A DNA stretch of 64,000 bases from an uncultured Chloroflexia bacterium (GCA_963746855.1 CAVVDC010000015.1:55295-119294), one strand, 5' to 3'. Counted from the first letter of the stretch, positions 1 to 9,540 are shown. The notes: generated by a model from the letters alone, not told the origin. Program-made: numbers and translations.

Positions 1-1873
1 GCCCGTACTCATCTCGACCATCGCCATCGGGCTCGTCGCCGCGTTCGTCGGCGGCTTGATCGCGCAACGGCTGCGGCTCCCGAGCATCGTCGGCTACATC
101 GCCGCGGGGGTGGCGCTCGGCCCGTTCACGCCGGGCGTCATCGCCGACCCGGAGATCGCAAGCGAGCTCGCCGAGATCGGCGTGATCCTGCTGATGTTCG
201 GCGTCGGCATCGAGTTCTCGATCAAGGACCTCCTGGCCGTCCGCCGGATCGCGGTACCCGGCGCCATCGGCCAGTTCGTCATCGCGACGCTGTTGGGCAT
301 CGGGCTCGGCTCGGCGCTCGGCTGGGGCGTTGGTGGTGGGCTGATCCTTGGCCTGGCCATCTCGGTGGCGAGCACCGTGGTGCTCCTCCGGACCCTCAAC
401 GACCGGAACGAGCTCGACACGCCGCAGGGTCGCATCGCCGTCGGCTGGCTCATCGTCGAGGACCTGTTCACGGTCGTCATCCTCGTCGTCCTGCCGACCA
501 TCGCGCCGCTCATCGGTGGGGTCGCCGCCACGTCGGGCGGCACCGATTCGGACGCCCTGGCGACGGTCGGCTCCGTCGCCCTGGCTGTGGGCAAGGCGGC
601 CGGGTTCGCCGTGATCATGATCGTGGTCGGGGCCCGGCTGGTCCCGTGGCTCCTGAACCTCGTGGCACGCGATGGCTCCCGGGAGCTGTTCACGCTGGCG
701 GTCCTGGCCATCGCGCTCGGGATCGCGTTCGTGTCGTCCACCGTGTTCGGGGTCTCCTTCGCCCTCGGCGCGTTCCTCGCGGGTGCGGTCGTCGGCGAGT
801 CGGACATGAGCCACCAGGCGGCGGCCGACGCCCTGCCGCTGCGCGACGCCTTTGCGGTGCTCTTCTTCGTCTCGGTCGGGATGCTCCTCGACCCGTCGTT
901 CCTGGTGACCTATCCGCTCGCGATCCTCGCCATGGTCGGGCTGATCGTCGTTTCCAAGGCGCTCGTCAAGTTCGCGATCGTCACACTGTTCGGGTACCCC
1001 CTCCGGACCGGCCTCACGGTCGGGGTCGGCCTGGCCCAGATCGGTGAGTTCTCGTTCATCCTGGGCACGGTCGGGGCGACGCTGGGCCTCCTGCCCGCCG
1101 AGGGGTTCCAGCTGATCGTCGCGGGATCGCTGCTCTCGATCGCCCTGAACCCGTTCCTGTTCCGGGCGATCGACCCGCTGGATCGCCGCCTCCGGGCGAC
1201 TGCGGTCCTGACCCGCTGGCTCGAGCGACGAGCCGGCGACCGGGCGACGCTGGAAGCCACGTCCGAGCAAGCCCCGCTCCGCGGCCACGCGATCCTGGTG
1301 GGCTACGGCCGCGTCGGACGACTGATCGGCCCGGCGCTCGACCGTCGCGGGTTCAGGTACGTCGTCCTCACGCTGCAGCGACGCGAAGTGGACCAGCTCC
1401 GGGCTCGGGGCGTGGCCGCCATCTACGGCGATGCCTCGAACGCGGACGTGCTCGAACGAGCACGCGTCGAGACGGCTCGACTCGTCATCGTGGCCAGCTC
1501 GGATCCGCACGTCACGCGACTGGTCGTGGAACGGGCGCTGGCGGCGAATCCGGCGATCGACTTCGTCGTGCGCACGCACAGCGACACGGAGGCGGCCCAC
1601 CTGCGCGCCGTCACGAGCCGGATCCAGACGGTGCACGGGGAGCGCGAACTCGCGGTCCAGATGGTGCGCTACTCACTCCGCCGGTTCGGCGTCGACTCGC
1701 GCGAGGCCGAGGCGATCGCCCAGGGGCTGCGACGGCACTCGACCCCAGCCACCGGGGTGGCCGGCGACGTCGGCGAAGGCGGACCGTTCAGGCGCTGGCG
1801 CGACCGGGTGCGAGGCCGGCGTGGCGCCGCGACGAACGACGTCGGTGGGACGAGTGAGGTCAGCGAGCCCTGA
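1..1873 (+). CDS. CPA2/Kef-type cation:proton antiporter with C-terminal RCK (TrkA-N) domain; 5' end outside window
   Basis: The frame is open from nt 2: PVLISTIAIGLVAAFVGG precedes the track start at 56. Many hydrophobic helices are followed by the Rossmann motif ILVGYGRVGRLIG, typical of KefB/YbaL-type RCK domains. Confidence 0.85.
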   Translation, partial: PVLISTIAIGLVAAFVGGLIAQRLRLPSIVGYIAAGVALGPFTPGVIADPEIASELAEIGVILLMFGVGIEFSIKDLLAVRRIAVPGAIGQFVIATLLGIGLGSALGWGVGGGLILGLAISVASTVVLLRTLNDRNELDTPQGRIAVGWLIVEDLFTVVILVVLPTIAPLIGGVAATSGGTDSDALATVGSVALAVGKAAGFAVIMIVVGARLVPWLLNLVARDGSRELFTLAVLAIALGIAFVSSTVFGVSFALGAFLAGAVVGESDMSHQAAADALPLRDAFAVLFFVSVGMLLDPSFLVTYPLAILAMVGLIVVSKALVKFAIVTLFGYPLRTGLTVGVGLAQIGEFSFILGTVGATLGLLPAEGFQLIVAGSLLSIALNPFLFRAIDPLDRRLRATAVLTRWLERRAGDRATLEATSEQAPLRGHAILVGYGRVGRLIGPALDRRGFRYVVLTLQRREVDQLRARGVAAIYGDASNADVLERARVETARLVIVASSDPHVTRLVVERALAANPAIDFVVRTHSDTEAAHLRAVTSRIQTVHGERELAVQMVRYSLRRFGVDSREAEAIAQGLRRHSTPATGVAGDVGEGGPFRRWRDRVRGRRGAATNDVGGTSEVSEP

Positions 1874-1944
1874 GGGGCCGCCTACGGCGCCCGCTTCGGC
1901 TCGCTCGAGCCCGTACCGACGAAGCTACGGTCGATGTGGCGGGT

Positions 1945-2943
1945 TCAGCCCGGAGCGCGCGGGACGAGGACGACCCGCCGGTTCGGCTCTTCGCCGATCG
2001 ACTGGGTCGCGACGGCCGCGTGATCGCGCAGGGTGAGGTGGATCCAGCGTCGTTCGAGCGCGGGCATCGGCTCGAGCTGCAGCATCTTGCCGGTCTCGAC
2101 GACGCGGGCGGCCGCCCGGTTGGCGAGGTCTCGAAGCTGGCGCTCGCGACGGCCGCGGTAGTCCTCGACATCGACGAGCACGCGGGTCCAGCTGCCCATC
2201 TCCTTGGACAACATGAGGTTGACGAGGTGCTGGAGGGCCGACAGGCGCTCGCCCTTGCGACCGATCAGGGCGCCGAGCGCATCGCGCTCCTCGCCCTCGC
2301 CGACCACGTTGAGACGGCTGGTCTCACCCGTGTCGACCTCGACCTTGACCTCGAAGCCCAGGTGGGTCATCAACTGCTCGAGGATCGCCTTGCCGGCCGC
2401 GAGCGCTTCCGGCGAGGCCTCGGCGGCCTCGAGTTCGGCGCGCTCGGAAGCGAGTGAGCCGCGCGCGGCGGCGACCTCGGCGGCCTCCGACGCGGTCAGG
2501 CCACCACCGGCGGTGTCGGGGCGAGGTCCACGGTCATCGCGGCGCGGTCCGCGATCATCCCGGCGCGGCGGGCGGTCGTTGCGGCGCGGCGGCCGGCTCT
2601 CGCTCTGCGGCGGTCGATCGACCGGGGTCGCGGCGGAGGCCATGGGCGGCTGCGATGACTGCGGCGGGCGGTCGTCGCGGCGCGGCGGGCGGTCATCCTG
2701 GTCGCGCGTCGGGGTCGGCAGTGGCGCCGCGGCCGCCGCCTCGCGCTTGGGTGCCGCCCCGCCGAGGGCGGCTCGCGGCGCGGCCACGATCCGGGCCGGC
2801 TCGGCGCCCATGCCGAGGACGCCGCGGCTGCCGGGCGTCAGGATCTCGAAGTCGAGGTCCTCGAGGCTCGCACCGAAGTCCTCGCGCGCCAGGCGCAGGG
2901 CCTCCTCGACGGTCTTGCCGGAGAACTCCTTGTAGGCACTCAT
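1945..2943 (-). CDS. jag: Jag/KhpB-type RNA-binding protein (Jag_N, KH, R3H) with long Arg/Asp/Pro-rich linker
   Basis: N-terminus MSAYKEFSGKTVEEALRLA (Jag_N). KH GxxG motif in LIGRKGERLSALQ. R3H-like ERRWIHLTLRDH...SIGEEPNRRVVL. Sits immediately downstream of yidC, as in Gram-positive origin regions. Confidence 0.85.
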   Translation of the reverse strand: MSAYKEFSGKTVEEALRLAREDFGASLEDLDFEILTPGSRGVLGMGAEPARIVAAPRAALGGAAPKREAAAAAPLPTPTRDQDDRPPRRDDRPPQSSQPPMASAATPVDRPPQSESRPPRRNDRPPRRDDRGPRRDDRGPRPDTAGGGLTASEAAEVAAARGSLASERAELEAAEASPEALAAGKAILEQLMTHLGFEVKVEVDTGETSRLNVVGEGEERDALGALIGRKGERLSALQHLVNLMLSKEMGSWTRVLVDVEDYRGRRERQLRDLANRAAARVVETGKMLQLEPMPALERRWIHLTLRDHAAVATQSIGEEPNRRVVLVPRAPG

Positions 2944-4131
2944 CTAGCGTCGTCTCCCTCGTCGGCCCTGGCGACCCCGCTCACGTGGGCGGATCGTCTT
3001 GTCGGCCGTCGTCTTCTTGTCCGCGTCGGTCAGGATGGCCGAACGCTTGCTGGGCTCGGGGGGTGGTGGCATGGACACCGGGAATCGGGGCGTATGCCCG
3101 ACGGCGAACGCAGGCGTCCGACCGAACAGCGGGAACATGCCGCCCCAACCCACGATGAGGTACTGCTGCACGATGCCGAAGATCGTCGCCGTGATCCAGT
3201 AGATGAACAGGCCGGCCGGCAGGAAGCCGCCGTAGGCGATCGAGATCAACGGCAGGAACAGCATCGTCTGCCGCTGGATCTTCGTGTTGGGATCGTCCTC
3301 GCCGCTGACCGGCGGGAGCATCATCCGCGACTGCACCAACTGCAGCAGGGCCGAGGTGATGGCCAGGATGCTGATCCCGAGCACGAACCCGCCGATCGCG
3401 AGGCTGAAGATCGTCGAGGGCTGGCTGACGTCGATACCGCCCAGGACCGGGATGACCGTGTCGATGCATGGTCCGAGGCTCGCGTCGGGCACACCGGCGG
3501 CGTTGAGATTCGTGCACTCGAGGGGGACGACCTGGACGCCGGCGATGGTCAGCATCGCCGTCGGGTCGACGTTGGTCAGCCCGTTCTGGATGACCGAGTA
3601 CATGATGAACAGCAGGGGCATCTGGAGGAGGAGCGGGAAGCACCCGGCCAGGGGGTTGATCCCGCGCTCCTTGAACAGCTCCTGCTGGGCGGCGCGGGCC
3701 TTCATCGCGTCGCCCTTGTAGCGCTTCTGGATCTCCTTGACCTCGGGCTGCAGGAGCTGCATCCGACGCTGCGACACCAGCTGCTTGCGCACGAGGGGGA
3801 TGACCAGGCTCCGGACGATCAGGGTCAGCACGACGATGGCCCAGCCGATGGCCGCCGGCACGCCGAGGCTCTCGAGGAACGAGTAGACCCCGACCATGAT
3901 GATCAACATGACCTGGAAGATCGGGGTGAACAGCCAAGCCAGGAAGCTGATCGGATCGGCGCCGGGCTGGGCCGGCGTCAGCGGTGGATGGGGCGTCGGC
4001 GACGCGACAGAACCCGACGCGCCCGGTCCGCCGGCGGGCGCGCACGCCGCGACCAGTAGGACGATGACGATCAGGAGCCCGATCGACGCGAACGGGATCC
4101 GGCGGAGGCGGGAGCTGGTCACGAGCTGCAC
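2944..4131 (-). CDS. yidC: YidC/Oxa1-family membrane protein insertase (lipoprotein type)
   Basis: Conserved core: LVRKQLVSQRRMQLLQPEVKEIQKRYKGD...INPLAGCFPLLLQMPLLF. Lipobox-like LVAAC after an N-terminal helix. Basic C-terminal tail RERGRQGRRGRRR, as in monoderm YidC. Synteny with yidD/rnpA/rpmH. Confidence 0.92.
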   Translation of the reverse strand: MQLVTSSRLRRIPFASIGLLIVIVLLVAACAPAGGPGASGSVASPTPHPPLTPAQPGADPISFLAWLFTPIFQVMLIIMVGVYSFLESLGVPAAIGWAIVVLTLIVRSLVIPLVRKQLVSQRRMQLLQPEVKEIQKRYKGDAMKARAAQQELFKERGINPLAGCFPLLLQMPLLFIMYSVIQNGLTNVDPTAMLTIAGVQVVPLECTNLNAAGVPDASLGPCIDTVIPVLGGIDVSQPSTIFSLAIGGFVLGISILAITSALLQLVQSRMMLPPVSGEDDPNTKIQRQTMLFLPLISIAYGGFLPAGLFIYWITATIFGIVQQYLIVGWGGMFPLFGRTPAFAVGHTPRFPVSMPPPPEPSKRSAILTDADKKTTADKTIRPRERGRQGRRGRRR

Positions 4132-4137
4132 GCCTCG

Positions 4138-4344
4138 CTAGCGGACCGGGTCATACCCGCCCGGATTCCATGGGTGGCAGCGGGCGATCCGTTTCGCGCC
4201 CATCCAGCTGCCCTTGAGCAGGCCGTACTTCTCGATGGCCTGCTCCGTGTAGCGAGAGCAGGTCGGTTCGAACCGGCAACTGGCCGGCAGCCACGCGAAG
4301 ACGATCCGGTAGAGCTTGATCATCCCGATCCCGATCCGCTTCAC
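4138..4344 (-). CDS. yidD: Membrane protein insertion efficiency factor YidD
   Basis: 68 aa with the hallmark CRFEPTCSRYTEQAIEKYG...RIARCHPWNPGGYDP. Overlaps the rnpA stop by 4 nt. Confidence 0.92.
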   Translation of the reverse strand: MKRIGIGMIKLYRIVFAWLPASCRFEPTCSRYTEQAIEKYGLLKGSWMGAKRIARCHPWNPGGYDPVR

Positions 4345-4673
4345 GCGTCTGGTCCTCCAAGCGCGCCACCCCTGGTCAGGGTCCGGCGCAACGCTCCGAC
4401 CAGCGTGTCATGGTCGGCCTCGACGATCGCGGGCCGGGCGATGATGAGGACGTCCCAGCCGGGCTGGAACGAGGGCGCCATCACCCTGAGCGCCTCTCGA
4501 AGTCGTCGACGGACGCGATTCCGGATCACGGCTCCGCCGAGCTTTCGCCCGGTCGACAGCCCGAACCGGGTCGTCTCGAGGTCGGTCCGCAGGAACCTGG
4601 CGGTGAACAGTGGATGGGACCGCGTCGTCCCGGCTCCGCCGATCGCCGTGAAGTCCGTTGGGCGGGAGAGCAT
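4341..4673 (-). CDS. rnpA: Ribonuclease P protein component
   Basis: GLSTGRKLGGAVIRNRVRRRLREALR motif. I placed the start at ATG 4673 (MLSRPTDF), downstream of the rpmH stop. The track ORF extension to 4868 runs through rpmH in another frame. Confidence 0.85.
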   Translation of the reverse strand: MLSRPTDFTAIGGAGTTRSHPLFTARFLRTDLETTRFGLSTGRKLGGAVIRNRVRRRLREALRVMAPSFQPGWDVLIIARPAIVEADHDTLVGALRRTLTRGGALGGPDA

Positions 4674-4708
4674 CTCGAGCCGCGGCGAGTGAGGGCCGCG
4701 CTCCGTCG

Positions 4709-4843
4709 TCAGGCCGTCAGCCGCTTTCGACCGCGTGCCCGTCGCGCTGCCAGGACGCGGCGACCCGGAGTCGTCTTCATCCGGGCGCGGAACCCGTGTT
4801 CCTTGGCGCGATGGCGCTTCTTCGGCTGGTAGGTCTGCTTCAT
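4709..4843 (-). CDS. rpmH: 50S ribosomal protein L34
   Basis: Hand translation of the minus strand from ATG 4843 gives [44 protein letters not shown], then TGA at 4709-4711. It is too short for the ORF track. Classic position opposite dnaA. Confidence 0.96.
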   Translation of the reverse strand: MKQTYQPKKRHRAKEHGFRARMKTTPGRRVLAARRARGRKRLTA

Positions 4844-5104
4844 GGGGGTGGTCCGGGATCCTCTCCATCCGGCCTCGGGGACGGTGTCAGTGTTCGACCC
4901 CTAGAGGCACGCAAACGCGCCCGGCGCCCGAAAGCGCGGAGCGCGTCGTCGTCCGGCGGATGATACGGCCGCCTCGGAAGGGGTGTCAAACCTCGTCGAG
5001 CCGCGATCGCCCGTCCCGGCACGGCCCGCCGGGCGTATGGTGCGTCCGCGCACGCGCGAGACAGGTCGACTCGAACGGCGAGGCGTCGGCCCTGCCAAGC
5101 ATGG

Positions 5105-5121
5105 ATACTCCCCGGGAGTAT
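5105..5121. promoter_or_regulatory. 17-bp perfect palindrome ATACTCCC-C-GGGAGTAT in the rpmH-dnaA spacer
   Basis: Read directly at 5105-5121, about 235 nt upstream of the dnaA ATG. Function unknown; it could be an operator or paired -10-like elements. Confidence 0.3.
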
Positions 5122-5354
5122 GACGGAATCGCCTTGCGACGCGCCGTCCGCCGGTGCTATCCTCTCCGGGCCCATCGGCGCCGGGACGCCTGCGGGACAC
5201 CCGGAAACCCCAACGATTCCGGGGCCTGGAACACGCTTCGCCCGGTGCGACGACGGCCATCTCGAGAACGCGCGTGCCCCCGGCCCCTCGCTCGGATCCC
5301 TGGTCAACGCTACCCATCCACGGCCCCCTCCGTATCACAGGTCCCATCGAACGA

Positions 5355-6734
5355 ATGGACGCGAAGCAGGTCTGGCGGGCGGCTCTCGGCGAGCTGCAGG
5401 TGTCACTCTCGCCGGCCAACTACGAGACGTGGCTGCGGGACACGCAGCTGGTCGACGTGGATGAGCAACGCTTCCGGATCTCGGTCCCCAACGGGTTCGC
5501 CAAGGACTGGCTGGAGACGCGCTATCGGTCCCTGATCAGCCAGACCCTGGCCCGGATCGTCGGCTACAGCGTCCAGGTCGAGTTCGTCATCGGCTCCGCC
5601 CCCGCCCAGCCCGACGTCACCGCAGAGGACGGCGGGCCCCCGGCGCCATCGTCCTCCGGCTCGAGCCAGGTCCGCGTCGAGCCCACCCGCGTCGGCGGCG
5701 AAGGCGGCACGAGCAACATCAACCCGCGCTACACGTTCGCGAACTTCATCGTCGGCTCGGCGAACCGCCTCGCCCACGCCGCGAGCCTGTCCGTCGCGGA
5801 GCGACCGGGGCATGCCTACAACCCGCTCTTCCTGTACGGCGGCGTGGGCCTGGGCAAGACCCACCTGATGCACGCGATCGGCAACCAGGTCATCGCCAAG
5901 TTCCCGCGCAAGCGCGTCGTGTACGCGACGAGCGAGAAGTTCACGAACGAGTTCATCACCTCGATCCAGCAGGGCAAGATCGACGACTTCCGGGCCCGCT
6001 ACCGACGGATCGACCTGCTCCTCATCGACGACATCCAGTTCATCGCCGACAAGGAGCGGACCCAGGAGGAGTTCTTCCACACGTTCAATGCCATCCACGA
6101 GGACGGCAAGCAGATCGTCATGTCCTCGGATCGCCCGCCGAAGGCGATCCTCACCCTCGAGGAGCGCCTGCGCAGTCGGTTCGAGTGGGGCCTGATCGCC
6201 GACCTGACGGCGCCTGACCTCGAGACGCGCATCGCGATCCTGCGGGCGAAGGCCGAGGAGGGCGCGCTCCCGATCACTTCGGACGTCATCGAGTTCATCG
6301 CGCGCAAAGTCGTGAGCAACATCCGCGAGCTCGAGGGCGCGCTCAACCGCATCATCGCGTTCGCGAGCATGGGCGCGACACCCATCAGCATCGAGCTCGC
6401 CCAGGCGGTCCTCTCGAACGTCCTGTACAACCCGAAGAAGCGCCAGGTGACGCCCGAGCGCATCGCCAAGGCAGTCTCGGACTACTACAGCGTCCCGCTC
6501 GACGTCCTGCAGGGCCAGAAGCGCGACAAGTCGATCGTCATGCCCCGCCAGATCGCGATGTTCCTGATGCGCGAGGAGACCGACGTGTCGCTCCTCCGAA
6601 TCGGCGCCGAGCTTGGCGGGCGGGACCACTCGACGGTCCTGCACGCCTGCGACAAGATCACCCGCGAGGCCGCGGTGAACGACGAACTCCGTCGGGAGAT
6701 CGCCGCGGTCCGGGAGCTCATCTACGCCGACTGA
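5355..6734 (+). CDS. dnaA: Chromosomal replication initiator protein DnaA
   Basis: N-terminus MDAKQVWRAALGELQ. AAA+ Walker A LFLYGGVGLGKTHL, Walker B LLLIDDIQF, and the C-terminal DNA-binding helix RDHSTVLHACDKI. Start trimmed to ATG 5355; the upstream part of the track ORF is Pro/Arg-rich and not DnaA-like. Confidence 0.96.
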   Translation: MDAKQVWRAALGELQVSLSPANYETWLRDTQLVDVDEQRFRISVPNGFAKDWLETRYRSLISQTLARIVGYSVQVEFVIGSAPAQPDVTAEDGGPPAPSSSGSSQVRVEPTRVGGEGGTSNINPRYTFANFIVGSANRLAHAASLSVAERPGHAYNPLFLYGGVGLGKTHLMHAIGNQVIAKFPRKRVVYATSEKFTNEFITSIQQGKIDDFRARYRRIDLLLIDDIQFIADKERTQEEFFHTFNAIHEDGKQIVMSSDRPPKAILTLEERLRSRFEWGLIADLTAPDLETRIAILRAKAEEGALPITSDVIEFIARKVVSNIRELEGALNRIIAFASMGATPISIELAQAVLSNVLYNPKKRQVTPERIAKAVSDYYSVPLDVLQGQKRDKSIVMPRQIAMFLMREETDVSLLRIGAELGGRDHSTVLHACDKITREAAVNDELRREIAAVRELIYAD

Positions 6735-6812
6735 GCGCCGCGCCGGCGGGCACGGCCGGCCTGCCCGGCGACGTCATCTGGCCGTGAACCTTTTTGCAGG
6801 TGGTCGATCTCG

Positions 6813-7033
6813 TGTGGATAACCACGCGATATCGGTGGAAAACCCCCACCGGATGTGGACATCCGGACCGCCAGGCGTCGATGGGCCGGGGCCGGCCCGA
6901 AGCCGATGTGGAGCGGCCTTCGAGTCGTCCACGGCGGCGCCCCGATGACGTCCCCCGTCCGGGCGTCGGCGTCCACCGATGGGCTGGCCTCGTCCACGTC
7001 GGTCGCGAACGAGGCCGCGAGGGGCCGTCCACG
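6813..7033. promoter_or_regulatory. DnaA-box cluster, candidate oriC, in the dnaA-dnaN spacer
   Basis: TGTGGATAA (reverse complement of the consensus TTATCCACA) at 6813-6821. GGTGGAAAA at 6834-6842, TGTGGACAT at 6854-6862, TGTGGAGCG at 6907-6915. These are followed by four opposite-orientation CGTCCAC cores at 6925-6933, 6969-6977, 6990-6998 and 7025-7033. Confidence 0.7.
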
Positions 7034-7090
7034 TGTTCAACACCCTGATGGTGATGATGACGGGGTGAGAAGATAGAGAGAAGATACCCA
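7034..7090. other. Locally AT-rich stretch, candidate DNA unwinding element of oriC
   Basis: The sequence tgttcaacaccctgatggtgatgatgacggggtgagaagatagagagaagataccca is about 50% G+C by hand count in a very GC-rich window. It lies directly after the DnaA-box cluster and before dnaN. Confidence 0.5.
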
Positions 7091-7200
7091 CGACCCCACG
7101 CGGACAGCCCGGGGACCGATGTGCGAGCGATCGCCGACGGCCTGCATCCGCGATACGGTCGCATCGCCCGCCGTCACGGCATGCTTGGAGTGAAACCGAC

Positions 7201-8319
7201 GTGAGACTTTCGGTGATGCAGGAGCATCTGGCGCGCGGCCTGTCCATCGTCAGCCGGGCCGTGTCCAGCCGCAGCACCCTGCCGGTCCTGGCCAACGTCC
7301 TGCTCAAGACAGAGGATGGCGGGCTGAAGCTGACCGCCACGAACCTCGAGATCGGGATCACCTACTGGGTGCCCGGCAAGATCGAGACCGACGGCGCCAC
7401 GACCGTGCCGGCGAAGCTCCTGACCGACCTCGTCAACTCCCTGCCGGCGGGCGACAAGGTGGACCTTGAGCTCGGCCCCGGCGATTCGCTGCACATCCGT
7501 AGCGGCCGGTTCGAGACCCATGTCAAGGGGATCGAAGCCGACGAGTTCCCGGCCATCCAGACCGCCGGCGAGCGCCCGACCACGCGGGTCGCCCAGAACG
7601 TCCTGCGCCGGGCCCTCAACGAGACCGCCTTCGCGGCCGCCAGCGACGAAGCCCGGCCGATCCTGACCGGCGTGCTGGCGAAGTTCGAGGGCAACCAGCT
7701 CACCCTGGCGGCCGCCGACAACTACCGGATCGCGGTGAAGACCATCGACATCCTCGATGCGGTGCCCGAGACGAGCGTGGTCATCCCGGCCCGCGCCCTC
7801 AACGAGCTCGCGCGGGTCCTGGCCGACGTCGAGGACCCCGTCGAGATCGTGCTGGCCAGCGGCCGCAACCAGGTCCTCTTCCACCTCGATGGGATCGACC
7901 TCGTGAGCCGCCTCATCGATGGCCAGTTCCCGAACTACCAGCAGGTCGTCCCCAAGGAACACTCGACCCGGGCCGTGCTCGATCGCGAGGAGCTCCTGCG
8001 CGCCGTCCGCCCCGCGGCCCTGATCGCCCACGAGTCGGCCAACATCGTCAAGCTCCAGATCGGGGCCAACGGCGAGGCCGGGATCACCGTGAGCGCCAAT
8101 GCCGAGGTCGGCGATCATGTCGGGCAGGTCGAGGCCGCCGTCGAGGGCGATGGGACTACGATCGCGTTCAATGCGCGGTACCTGGCGGACGTCCTCACGA
8201 ACGTCGATGCCGACCAGTTCGCCCTCGAGCTCAACGGGCCGCTCTCGCCGGGGGTCTTCAAGCCCGTCGGGGACGACCACTACATCCACGTCGTCATGCC
8301 CGTCCGGACGACCTCCTAG
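7201..8319 (+). CDS. dnaN: DNA polymerase III beta sliding clamp
   Basis: 372 aa. N-terminus (M)RLSVMQEHLARGLSIVSRAV...TLPVLANVLL and three-domain length are typical of DnaN. GTG start at 7201. Follows dnaA. Confidence 0.95.
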   Translation: MRLSVMQEHLARGLSIVSRAVSSRSTLPVLANVLLKTEDGGLKLTATNLEIGITYWVPGKIETDGATTVPAKLLTDLVNSLPAGDKVDLELGPGDSLHIRSGRFETHVKGIEADEFPAIQTAGERPTTRVAQNVLRRALNETAFAAASDEARPILTGVLAKFEGNQLTLAAADNYRIAVKTIDILDAVPETSVVIPARALNELARVLADVEDPVEIVLASGRNQVLFHLDGIDLVSRLIDGQFPNYQQVVPKEHSTRAVLDREELLRAVRPAALIAHESANIVKLQIGANGEAGITVSANAEVGDHVGQVEAAVEGDGTTIAFNARYLADVLTNVDADQFALELNGPLSPGVFKPVGDDHYIHVVMPVRTTS

Positions 8320-8414
8320 CGACGACCGGAGGCCGGCCCGGCGGCGCCCGGACCGCGGAGACCCTGCTCGATTCCCTCAGCCTGCTCGACCTCCGCGGGT
8401 ACACCGCGCTGGAG

Positions 8415-9512
8415 GTGGCCTTCGGGCCCGGTCCGCAACTCATCGTGGGCCCGAACGCGGCGGGCAAGACGAGCCTGCTCGAGGCGGTCGTCCTGCTCGC
8501 CTGGGGCCGCTCCCACCGGACCTCGACGGATGGCGAGCTCATCCGTTGGGGCACGGACCTCGCCCGGGTCGAGGGTCGACTGGGGCTCGACGTGGTCGAG
8601 GTCGCGATCGTCCGGTCGGGTGTCGGGGGGACGGCCGGACGCAAGCGCCTCCGCGTGAACGGCGTGGGGCGACGGGCCAATGCGCTCGAGAGCCCGCTGC
8701 GCGTCGTCGTCTTCGCTCCCGAGGAGATGCTGCTGGTGGCCGGGTCACCGGGCCTCCGGCGCGCCGCGGTCGACCAGCTGGCGTCGGCGGCCTTCCCGGG
8801 CTACGCCAGCGCCCTCGCGACATACGGCCGGACGCTCCAGCAGCGCAACGGCTTGCTGCGCGCGATCCGGGAAGAGGGCGCCTCGCGCGACGAGCTCCGC
8901 TTCTGGGATGGCGCCTTCCTCGACGCCGGTGGCCGGATCGTCGCCGACCGGCTGCGCCTCCTCGAACAGATGGCCGGCCCACTCGCCGCCGCTCATGCGG
9001 AGATCGCCCCCGACGAGGCCGCCAGCGCGACGCTGGCCGTGCGCTACAGCACCAACGCTCCAGCAGCACCCGGCGAGACGCCGCGGGACGCCCTCGCCCG
9101 CCGGCTCGTGGAGACCGCGGACAAGGAGGTCTGGAACGGGGCGACGCTCGTCGGTCCCCATCGCGACGACTTGGTCTTCGACCTCGCGGGCCGCGATCTG
9201 GCGGGGTTCGCGTCGCGCGGCCAGCAGCGGACGGCGATCCTGTCGTTCAAGCTCGCCGAGCTCGACCTGCTCACGACACTCGACGGTCGCCCGCCGCTCC
9301 TGCTGCTCGACGACGTCTTCTCCGAGCTCGACCCCGATCGCCGTTCGCATCTCGTGCGTCGGATCGCCGAGCTGCCACAGGCTTTCGTCACCACGACGAC
9401 GCTCGACGACCTCGACCCGGCGCTGCGGGCCATCGCCACGACCTGGGAGGTCCGAGCCGGCCCTGATGGCGCCCGCCTCGAACCGGATCCGGCGACCGCG
9501 GGCCGGCCATGA
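8415..9512 (+). CDS. recF: DNA replication and repair protein RecF (true start probably upstream at a non-canonical codon near 8364)
   Basis: Walker A GPNAAGKTSLLEA, signature region FASRGQQRTAILSFKLAE, Walker B LLLLDDVFSELD. See the recF start-codon finding. Confidence 0.9.
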   Translation: MAFGPGPQLIVGPNAAGKTSLLEAVVLLAWGRSHRTSTDGELIRWGTDLARVEGRLGLDVVEVAIVRSGVGGTAGRKRLRVNGVGRRANALESPLRVVVFAPEEMLLVAGSPGLRRAAVDQLASAAFPGYASALATYGRTLQQRNGLLRAIREEGASRDELRFWDGAFLDAGGRIVADRLRLLEQMAGPLAAAHAEIAPDEAASATLAVRYSTNAPAAPGETPRDALARRLVETADKEVWNGATLVGPHRDDLVFDLAGRDLAGFASRGQQRTAILSFKLAELDLLTTLDGRPPLLLLDDVFSELDPDRRSHLVRRIAELPQAFVTTTTLDDLDPALRAIATTWEVRAGPDGARLEPDPATAGRP

Positions 9513-9540
9513 GCGCCCCGTGAGCCCGCGTCGACGGCCC

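Noticed and set aside
6794-7076. Small ORFs (84 and 73 aa, plus minus-strand ORFs) inside the dnaA-dnaN spacer
   Set aside because: They overlap the DnaA-box cluster and have Arg/Pro/Gly-rich composition with no ribosome-binding context. The region is better explained as oriC.
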